Shown one piece after another: positions 20,803 through 30,390 of a DNA stretch of 64,000 bases (positions are counted from its first letter, which is position 1; each line of letters begins with the position of its first letter). The notes under the pieces are model-generated. The model was given only the letters and a program-made list of their open reading frames with translations, did no database searches and was not told the origin of the DNA. Source of the stretch: Dehalococcoidia bacterium. GTDB taxonomy: Bacteria > Chloroflexota > Dehalococcoidia > Lucifugimonadales > UBA3495. The stretch is from the NCBI GenBank assembly GCA_963667325.2, contig CAXXKY010000005.1, forward strand, positions 260,579-324,578, written 5' to 3'. The position numbers and the translations under genes are program-made.

Positions 20803-21673
20803 GTGGGGCCACAGGCGATGGTTGAGAGAGAAAACTGGTAAGTATGCGATTGAACTCTTCGGGTTTTTCCATGTGGGGCCAGTGGCCGCATTCTGTCAGG
20901 ACGTGCACAGTGCTGCGAGGCAGGACATTGCGTACTTCATCAGCCTTGATTGGAGGGATAATCAGGTCGTCCTCGCCCCATACCGCCAGCAGAGGAGCCC
21001 GCAGGTCCTTGAGCCGGTGAAGCAGGTTGTGCTTCCGGCGAAGTCCCAACAGGTTGACGCCGGATCTGACCGACTGAAGCATTACCTGTGGAGCGTGAGG
21101 GAGACAGCGCACCCGCAGCATCTCCGGCAATATGTCGTCAAGAATCGGGGGCGGACGGAAGAAGATTCGTCTGACCACTGCCGTTTTGCTGATCAGGTGA
21201 GGCTTGTAGATCAGCTCTCCCAGCACAGGAATGGATATCAGACGTAGAGGCCAGGACAACTTTTGACTCAGGCCTGCCGCAGCCACCAGGGCGACCTTGT
21301 CCACTCTTTCCGGGTACTCAAGGGCTGTCACGCCAGCGATCAGGCCACCCGCTGAATTACCCACCACGGAAAACCGTTCGTAGCCCAGCTCGGCGGTGAA
21401 TTTCGCCAGGAAATGCGCCGCGTTTTCCGGTCCGAAACCCATGTTGTTGGGCATCCCGGAGTCGCCGTATCCGGGCAGGTCAACGGCAATTGCGGTGTAT
21501 CCTGCCTGCGCCAGCGCCTCCATATTGCAGTACCAGGTGATCATTGAAGAAGCCAGGCCGTGCACCAACAGCACGACCGGCCCTTCGCCAGCCACGGCAT
21601 AGCGGACATAGACGTCGTCCACTGTGACGTCCTTTATCTGAGCCTGCTGCATTAACGCCGTAGCCATTGACAA
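20783..21673 (-). CDS. alpha/beta-fold hydrolase
   Basis: 'PVVLLVHGLASS', nucleophile elbow 'VVGNSAGG' and C-terminal 'CGHWPHMEKPEEF'. Confidence 0.85.
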   Translation of the reverse strand: MSMATALMQQAQIKDVTVDDVYVRYAVAGEGPVVLLVHGLASSMITWYCNMEALAQAGYTAIAVDLPGYGDSGMPNNMGFGPENAAHFLAKFTAELGYERFSVVGNSAGGLIAGVTALEYPERVDKVALVAAAGLSQKLSWPLRLISIPVLGELIYKPHLISKTAVVRRIFFRPPPILDDILPEMLRVRCLPHAPQVMLQSVRSGVNLLGLRRKHNLLHRLKDLRAPLLAVWGEDDLIIPPIKADEVRNVLPRSTVHVLTECGHWPHMEKPEEFNRILTSFLSQPSPVAPHAPPGG

Positions 21674-21743
21674 TTACACTGCTTCGTTGATCCCCAGTCT
21701 GGTCAGGTGTGATGCACCGTTTGAATAATCATGGTTGGATGAA

Positions 21744-24227
<2,484 letters not shown>

Positions 24228-24239
24228 TGTTCCACCTCC

Positions 24240-24605
24240 CTAGCAATTCGCAAAGGAGCGATTTCGATCGTCGTTATATCCCTTACGTTGCCCTTTCAGG
24301 GCCTGGATCGTGTTCGTCAGTTCGAAAACCTCTCCTTCCAACTCCGTGATACGATCCATCAATTTCAAAGCAACCTCGGCCCCCGCAAGGTTGACTCCCA
24401 TGTCATCGACGAGGGTGCGAAGGCGCCGAATGCGGTCTATGTCCGCCATGGAGTAAAGCCTCTGGCGCCCCCTGGTGCGAGAGGGCCAGATCAGTCCGGC
24501 GCGCTCATAGTGCCTCAGGGTCTGGGCGTGCACCCCGACGATGCGGGCGGCTACGCTTATAACAAAACAGGGTTCTTCGTGAAGATGATTTTCTTCTGCA
24601 GTCAT
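24240..24605 (-). CDS. hspR: MerR-family heat-shock repressor, HspR-like
   Basis: 'ISVAARIVGVHAQTLRHYERAGLI.PSRT.G..RLYS..DI.R' HTH. Located between a dnaJ-type gene and a clp gene, as in HspR operons. Confidence 0.8.
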   Translation of the reverse strand: MTAEENHLHEEPCFVISVAARIVGVHAQTLRHYERAGLIWPSRTRGRQRLYSMADIDRIRRLRTLVDDMGVNLAGAEVALKLMDRITELEGEVFELTNTIQALKGQRKGYNDDRNRSFANC

Positions 24606-24677
24606 CGGAAATACTCCGTGGTGTGCCGGTAGACCGGGTCTGGACGAAGAGTGAGAAAGCTGGCAGGAGAACGCGTC

Positions 24678-25619
24678 TTAGGCTTGACTCACAGTTGCTT
24701 CGCTGTCGGATATAGACTGTTCCTTCCGCAACTCCCTGAGGCTGCGGTACAGCGCCACTTCTTCTTCGGTCAGATCAGTGGGAATGCGCAACTTTACGGT
24801 AATAAAGAGATCACCACGCTTTCCATTTGCAGACAGGGTAGGCATTCCCAGTCCAGACAGCCGGAACCGCCGTTCATTCGGTGTGCCTGGAGGTACGGTC
24901 AGGGCCACTTTGCCAGTGAGGGTGGGAGCAACCAGTTCCGTACCAAGAACGGCGTCCTCAACATCTGTGTCAATGTCTGCGTAAAGGTCGCGGCCGTCCC
25001 TTTTGAACGTGGTGTGCTCCAAAACAGACACCTTCAGATAAAAGTCGCCTCCCTGAGATCCACCGGAGGCGATATGTACCCTGGAACCCTGGTCGACCCC
25101 CGCGGGGATCTTTACTTCTAGGGTCCGTCCGTCATTGAGTCGTACGTTTCGGGTGGCCCCATGGAAGGCCTCTTCGAGAGTCACCTCGACAGGATATTCC
25201 GGAGGGGCTCTTCTGGTCTGGCGCCGGCCGGCGTTAAACAGGTCTTCGAAGTTGGAGGCTCCGCCTCCGAAGCCATCAAAGGGGCTTCCGGATTGCCCTC
25301 GATAATTGGCGAAGATGTCCTCGAAGTCTTCGGCGTTGGACGTCCACCGGTAGCTTCTGCCGTGAGGCCGGGTTCCACTGGACGACCCATGTTCTCCGAC
25401 CTGGCGCCAGTTTTCTCCGTACTGGTCGTATTTCTTTCGTGATTCCTCATCACACAGGACGCCATAGGCTTCATTGATTTCCTTGAACTTCTCCTCGGCG
25501 TCAGCGTCGTTTTTGTTCACGTCCGGATGGTATTGCCGCGCCAGCTTCCTGTATGCCTGGCGTATTTCCTTTTCTGTGGCGTTTCGAGTGACGCCCAATG
25601 TTTCGTAGTAATCTGTCAT
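24678..25619 (-). CDS. DnaJ-family co-chaperone without zinc-finger (CbpA-type)
   Basis: J domain 'DYYETLGV...[14 protein letters not shown]', a G/F-rich linker and two C-terminal beta domains. No CxxCxGxG repeats. Confidence 0.9.
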   Translation of the reverse strand: MTDYYETLGVTRNATEKEIRQAYRKLARQYHPDVNKNDADAEEKFKEINEAYGVLCDEESRKKYDQYGENWRQVGEHGSSSGTRPHGRSYRWTSNAEDFEDIFANYRGQSGSPFDGFGGGASNFEDLFNAGRRQTRRAPPEYPVEVTLEEAFHGATRNVRLNDGRTLEVKIPAGVDQGSRVHIASGGSQGGDFYLKVSVLEHTTFKRDGRDLYADIDTDVEDAVLGTELVAPTLTGKVALTVPPGTPNERRFRLSGLGMPTLSANGKRGDLFITVKLRIPTDLTEEEVALYRSLRELRKEQSISDSEATVSQA

Positions 25620-25697
25620 GGCAGCGCACGTCCCGCTTGTAGCTTTGTCCCTGAACTGGTTTGCTGCTGTAATTCTTAAAGTATTTAAATGCTAAAA

Positions 25698-25718
25698 CTT
25701 GATAGTAACACTGTCAAC
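25698..25718. promoter_or_regulatory. HAIR-like inverted repeat overlapping a candidate promoter of the dnaJ-hspR-clp operon
   Basis: cttgata-gtaacac-tgtcaac has the TTGA-N11-TCAA geometry of the HspR operator consensus CTTGAGT-N7-ACTCAAG, with 9 of 14 arm positions matching. On the minus strand TTGACA is followed 17 nt later by TAGCAT. Confidence 0.3.
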
Positions 25719-25841
25719 TATATGCTACACGAGTTGTCATTGATTCCCCGCCAGGCTCTTCGCAACTGGGGATTCACTGGCATGCAGATTGATGATACAA
25801 TTGAACTCCATAAGCACATCTTCAAAGTGCGTTTGGAGCGT

Positions 25842-25916
25842 TCCCCGATAGCTCAGCGGTAGAGCGGGCGGCTGTTAACCGCTAGGTCGTAGGTTCGAAT
25901 CCTACTCGGGGAGCCA
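25842..25916 (+). tRNA. tRNA-Asn (GTT)
   Basis: tccccga acceptor pairs with tcgggga. D-arm gctcagcggtagagc, anticodon loop ctGTTaa, T-arm gtaggttcgaatcctac, encoded CCA. Confidence 0.9.
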
Positions 25917-26335
25917 CAGCTACAAAATGGGCGTCCAGAGTCGGCAAACTATGGATGATTGTCACAGCGGTTAACACGCGACTCAAAGCTGCCCCAGCTT
26001 TGGAGATGCCACAGCGGTTACCCGAAATCCTCGAAAACTATGTCCTGTACCACCGCATTGAGGGCAGCACAGAGGCCACCGTCAAGTTCTAGGCCAAGAA
26101 ACTGCGGCTGTTTCTGCAGGATCTCGAAAAGATTGATCCTGACTGCCAGAACCTGACCGATCTCTCCTCTCTCCACGTCCCTCAGCACCTCGGTTCGATG
26201 CGTGAGCGAGGCCTGAAGCCCCGTTCAATCCGCACCCGGTGGCAAGCAATCGCCACCTCGTTGAACTGGAATGTTGAGTGGGGCCTCATCGACACCTCGC
26301 CTGCAGCACGAATCAAAGCCCCCAAGGTACCCAAG

Positions 26336-28032
26336 CCCGAATCCACCGATAGGGACGGGCTAGCGTAGAAGGAAGGGGCCTTTGGGGCAAAGGGTGGGTT
26401 GGACTGGTGATTTTCGCAGACCGGGACGGTCGGTGTACCCGATTGGCGGTTTGGAGACGGTTGCCCAGGCGCTCAGAGACAGAGATTTGACGGATTTGAC
26501 GGGTGGCGAGGCACGTGGAGTCCCTCGCGGGCCGAGCTGGCGCGAGTCTGAAGGGTCAATACCTGGGTCCGGTGGCGTTGTGCGGTCAAGCAGGGAGTGG
26601 CAGGGTGCGCAGTTTGAGCAGGGCGCGATGCACCTGGTCCTGCCAGGGCCAGCCTTTGGGAAGGTGCAGGGTGATGCGGCGGGCCTTGCGGGTGACCCGC
26701 CCGGCCAGAGAGAAGAAGCGCTGGCGGAGGGTCTTGGTGCTGACCACCTGCTGGCCCAGGGCAATTCGCGCCGTCCAGCGAGCCAGGTTGTGGGCCATGA
26801 CCTGGACAGCCAGCCAGGCGGCATTGGCAGGGAAGCGTCCCGATGGGAGATGGTTGAGGCCGACGCCGTACTTCAGGTCTCTGATGGCGTTCTCCACCTC
26901 GGCGTGGCGGCGGTGGTCGGCCTCCAGTTCCAGGGTGTCGCCTTCTCTATTGGTGATGAAGCCGTGGTAGCTATAGGTGTGGAAGAGGGCCAACTGGGAG
27001 CCGGGCGTGGGCTTCACCCGGCGGACGATGAGACGCACCGGCGCGGCGTCGGGTTCACTCTGGAAAGGCGTGTAAGTTGTCCCGGCCACGTCGGCGGCGC
27101 CCTCCATCCAATAGGGTATGGGCGTCCAGTCCCCTTCGGGTATGGCCTCAATGAGATCGCGCAGGCTCTGGTGCTGGCGGATGGTGATGGAGAAGCGGAC
27201 ACCCTTGTTGCGGCATGCGGCGACCACGTCGTGGTTGTAGAAGCCGCTGTCGGCCCGCAGGGTGAGCTGGCCTTTGGCTCCAGCGCAGCGGACCCGGCTC
27301 ACCGTCTCCCGCAGGAAGTTGGCGGCGCCCCGGGCGGTGTTGGCCCGGCCCTGGCGGAGACGGGCCATCAGCACGTCGCCGGTGCCAGCAGCCACGGCCA
27401 GCAGGGGATGATAGCCGCGTTGACCGTTGTAGTTGTGCCGGCGGGCTCCTTCCTTGGCCAAGCCATAGGTCTCGCAGTTGGTGGAGTCCACGTCGATGGT
27501 CAACGGCCCGTCGCCGGGTCCTGCCCCAGCGGCCCAGGCCCGTGCCAGCAGTTCCCGGCTCACCCGATCCAGTTGGCGCACGTGTCCCCACCGGAAGCTC
27601 CGGAGGAAGATGCCCAGGGTGGACGGGGCCTTCACGGTACAACCCAACACCGCAGCGGTCCTGCCGGTGCGCATCGCGTCGGCGTCGTCAATGCAGTCGC
27701 CGCCAGCCAGGGCCGATGCCACCAACGTCATGATCTTGTCTCCCGCGTTGGCTCGTCCCGGGGCACGGCCCAAGTCCAGGCACCGGCCCACCAGTTGGGG
27801 CAGACCCAAATGCTGGGCCAGGGTGGCGGGAAGAATCAGCCCGGCATTGTTGACCAAGCGGTGGTCGTCAAAGGCGATTCGGATGCGGCGGAGGTGGTTG
27901 CGTGGTAGCATCTCTTGGGTGCTCCTCTTCCGGGGTCGGTTTTCTGATCAAAAACCATTATCCCAGATTCACAGGAGCACCCTCTTACCCTTTCAGCACG
28001 CCCTCAATCCTCAACCCTTCGGTGGATTCGGG
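26336..28032 (-). mobile_element. IS1380-family insertion sequence, copy 2 (1,697 bp, inverted relative to copy 1)
   Basis: Same terminal repeats: cccgaatccaccg at 26336 and cggtggattcggg ending at 28032. Its own 5-bp target duplication CCAAG lies at 26331-26335 and 28033-28037. Confidence 0.9.
26586..27911 (-). CDS. IS1380-family DDE transposase
   Basis: 441 aa. 25 substitutions relative to copy 1, about 94% identity counted by eye. Confidence 0.9.
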   Translation of the reverse strand: MLPRNHLRRIRIAFDDHRLVNNAGLILPATLAQHLGLPQLVGRCLDLGRAPGRANAGDKIMTLVASALAGGDCIDDADAMRTGRTAAVLGCTVKAPSTLGIFLRSFRWGHVRQLDRVSRELLARAWAAGAGPGDGPLTIDVDSTNCETYGLAKEGARRHNYNGQRGYHPLLAVAAGTGDVLMARLRQGRANTARGAANFLRETVSRVRCAGAKGQLTLRADSGFYNHDVVAACRNKGVRFSITIRQHQSLRDLIEAIPEGDWTPIPYWMEGAADVAGTTYTPFQSEPDAAPVRLIVRRVKPTPGSQLALFHTYSYHGFITNREGDTLELEADHRRHAEVENAIRDLKYGVGLNHLPSGRFPANAAWLAVQVMAHNLARWTARIALGQQVVSTKTLRQRFFSLAGRVTRKARRITLHLPKGWPWQDQVHRALLKLRTLPLPA

Positions 28033-28669
28033 CCAAGACACGGAAGCCTTTTTTGACTGAGGAGCAGTTCGCCTCTCTGATCGAGCTTTGCCCCCTGAAC
28101 ACCTTCGCAGGCGCTCGCAGGCAATCCATGTTGTAGATGATGGCCACCACTGGTATCAGAAGAAACGAAATGTGGATGCTGAAAAAGTGGGACCTGGACT
28201 GGGACAATTCAGTGATTCGAATGACCTTCGGCAAGGGCCAGAAAGAGAGACAGGTACCGTTCGAACGGCACTGTCAGCGAGCGATGCTCCGTTACTTGCA
28301 ACAGCGTTGGGATTCTCTGGAGTGGCTATGGATCACCGAGGAGGGAATCAGACTGGGATATGACGGAATCTGGCAGGACTTGAAGCGGTTATCAGAAAGG
28401 GCAAATGTGGAAATGAAGGATGCCTGCCACATATTCAGGAGGACCTTTGCCGCCAATGCCGTAAAGCAAAGCATCCCTCGACCGTACGTGCAGGCGATTG
28501 CGGGTTGGTCTACTCCCCAGATGCTGGACCAACTACGTGGCGGCGATGGAAGCGGAAGAGGAGGCTATTGAAGCATTCAGGCAATTCAAGCCTTTCGGGA
28601 AATAGGTCGTTCCGATCGCTCTGCGTCGCACTCAGGCGTGCTTAGATCCTGGGACAGTTCGAAAGCTAT

Positions 28670-28715
28670 CCTGATAAGACCGAGGTCGATGGTTCGAGTC
28701 CATCCAGGCCCACCA
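28670..28715 (+). other. 3' fragment of a tRNA-Ile(GAT) gene (att-site remnant)
   Basis: cctGATaag-accgaggtcgatggttcgagtccatccaggcccacca matches the anticodon loop through CCA of bacterial tRNA-Ile(GAU). The upstream sequence cannot form the anticodon-stem 5' strand, D-arm or acceptor 5' strand. Confidence 0.75.
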
Positions 28716-28905
28716 CACACCTCAATTATGGTAAATTCAGATACAAAATGACGGCTTTTTCTCTCAGGTGCCACCAGATGAATGGTCGTCAAGCAGCATT
28801 TTGACCACAGTCTTCGCGCAAACGGGAAACGGTTTCTCAGCAGCCTAAAGGCCTCCAACCGGTACTCCGAAGGGTACCTCGCCAGCCTCGAAACCACCCC
28901 CCGGC

Positions 28906-29808
28906 ATGGCCGCCTTGTACGCCGAGGAGCAGGGCTGGCCCGATGTGCAGGAAATCACCACCGAGCACATCGAGGACTACCTGTCCTACCTCCAGGACCG
29001 GGAGCGGTGGTTCGGTGAGCGTACATACGCCGAGCCCAAGAAGCTCTCCAAGGGCCACATCAACGCCCAGTACCGCCGCCTCAACCGGTTCTTCGACTGG
29101 CTGGTGGAGCGCAAACATATCGACGAGAATCCGCTCGGCGATATAGAGCCGCCCAGCCTGGACGAGAAGACTGTTCCTATCGTCACAGAAGACCAGATGC
29201 GGGACCTGCTGACCCTTGCCGATCCCGCCCTCGCCAGGACTCCCGCCCACCGCTTCCGCTTGACTCGCGACCGGGCAGTGCTGTACGCATTTTGGGATAC
29301 TCCAGGCCGACTGAACGAAATCGCCAAGCTGCGACTCCAAAACACTGACCTGACCAACGGCACGCTGCAGGTGATGGGCAAGGGTCGCAGAGAGCGAAAA
29401 ATGCCCGTTGGCGACACGGCGAGGTCCGTGATCTGGGACTACCTGCAGGAAAGAGAATCCCTCATGCCCCGCACTGAGGCTCTGTGGGTGTCTGAGCAGG
29501 GTGAGGCGCTACTGTCCAACGGAGTCCGCCAGCTTCTCATGCGCCTGGCGAAGCGGGCCAATATCGAGGGCATGCATCCGCACCGTTTCCGCCATTCCTA
29601 CGCCATCAACGCGCTGCGGGCCGGCATGCCGGAGCAGGTGCTAAAAATCGTCGGTGGGTGGAGGAAGATACCCGAGACCTACTTCAAGACTTTGGGGAAG
29701 AGGACGCCATCGAGTTCCACCGACAGGTCAGCCCCGGAGACCGGCTGGGGAAGTCGGTGTCGTCCCGCAAGGCGCGGCAACACGGTCGCCTACGGGGGAA
29801 GGTTGTAA
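28906..29808 (+). CDS. tyrosine recombinase/integrase (XerC/D-like); longest ORF of a gene with frameshifts at both ends
   Basis: SAM-like N-domain plus catalytic R ('WDTPGRLNEI'), 'HRFRHSY', 'GGW' and Y ('PETYF'). An N-terminal extension (28782-28900, '...FLSSLKASNRYSEGYLASLE') lies in another frame across a C6 run. The C-terminal tail '...EEDAIEFHRQVSPGDRLG' lies in another frame after a G4 run and ends at 29813. Confidence 0.8.
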   Translation: MAALYAEEQGWPDVQEITTEHIEDYLSYLQDRERWFGERTYAEPKKLSKGHINAQYRRLNRFFDWLVERKHIDENPLGDIEPPSLDEKTVPIVTEDQMRDLLTLADPALARTPAHRFRLTRDRAVLYAFWDTPGRLNEIAKLRLQNTDLTNGTLQVMGKGRRERKMPVGDTARSVIWDYLQERESLMPRTEALWVSEQGEALLSNGVRQLLMRLAKRANIEGMHPHRFRHSYAINALRAGMPEQVLKIVGGWRKIPETYFKTLGKRTPSSSTDRSAPETGWGSRCRPARRGNTVAYGGRL

Positions 29809-29853
29809 AATAAATTCTACTATTTCCGTCGTCAAACGGTTGTGCGGGTGCAT

Positions 29854-30285
29854 ATGAAGATTTATTTCGCCGGATCCATACGTGGAGGAGATGAAGATCG
29901 GAAGATTTATCACAGTCTCATCGGAAGGCTGCAGCGATTCGCTGAAGTCCTTACTGAACACATTGGAGACCCTGCATTGACGGATCGAGGCGAAAACACA
30001 AAACCGGACGGTGAAATCTTCGAACGGGACATTGCGTGGATTCGTGAGGCGGACGTCATCGTGGCGGAAGTAACCGTCCCGTCGCTAGGGGTAGGGTACG
30101 AGCTGGGTATCGGGGAATCCTTTGGAAAGCCTGTAATTTGCCTGTATAGGGAAAAAGATGGGCGACAACTATCGGCGATGATTGGCGGTAACCCACGGTT
30201 TCAAGTTCAGGTTTATCAGGATGTGGACGCAGCGGTTGAATTAGTGAAAGACTTCATAGACCATGGAGTCGCACGAAAACTCTGA
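29854..30285 (+). CDS. DNPH1/Rcl-like 2'-deoxynucleoside 5'-phosphate N-hydrolase (nucleoside 2-deoxyribosyltransferase-like fold)
   Basis: 143 aa. 'MKIYFAGSIRGG', 'READVIVAEVTVPSLGVGYELG' and 'LSAMIGG...RFQV' match, from memory, the full length and catalytic motifs of animal DNPH1 (IYFCGSIRGG / PSLGVGYELG / LSAMI). Confidence 0.8.
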   Translation: MKIYFAGSIRGGDEDRKIYHSLIGRLQRFAEVLTEHIGDPALTDRGENTKPDGEIFERDIAWIREADVIVAEVTVPSLGVGYELGIGESFGKPVICLYREKDGRQLSAMIGGNPRFQVQVYQDVDAAVELVKDFIDHGVARKL

Positions 30286-30390
30286 TTCTTGTCAATCCGC
30301 ACCAGCTTTTTTGAACTCTCGCTCGAGAGAGCCTTGGTGCAAACTGTGAATTAGGGACGCAGGCTACCTTCGCCTACAGGTATTCAGCTA

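Larger units (their letters stand above)
26006..28605 (+). pseudogene. tyrosine recombinase/integrase, decayed and split by IS1380 copy 2
   Basis: The reading frame MPQRLPEILENYVLYHRIEGS... continues across the IS as ...KAPKVPK|TRKPFLTEEQF.... There are in-frame TAG codons at 26090 and 28134. A 1-nt frameshift near 28530 precedes the expected '..LDHY' catalytic Tyr. The IS insertion lies at 26336-28032. Confidence 0.8.

Noticed and set aside
25961-26025. Two 'cacagcggtta(a/c)c' copies downstream of tRNA-Asn that resemble the reverse complement of the tRNA anticodon arm (agcggttaac)
   Set aside because: The shared core is only about 10 nt and is built around the GTTAAC palindrome. There is insufficient evidence for an att site or regulatory element.
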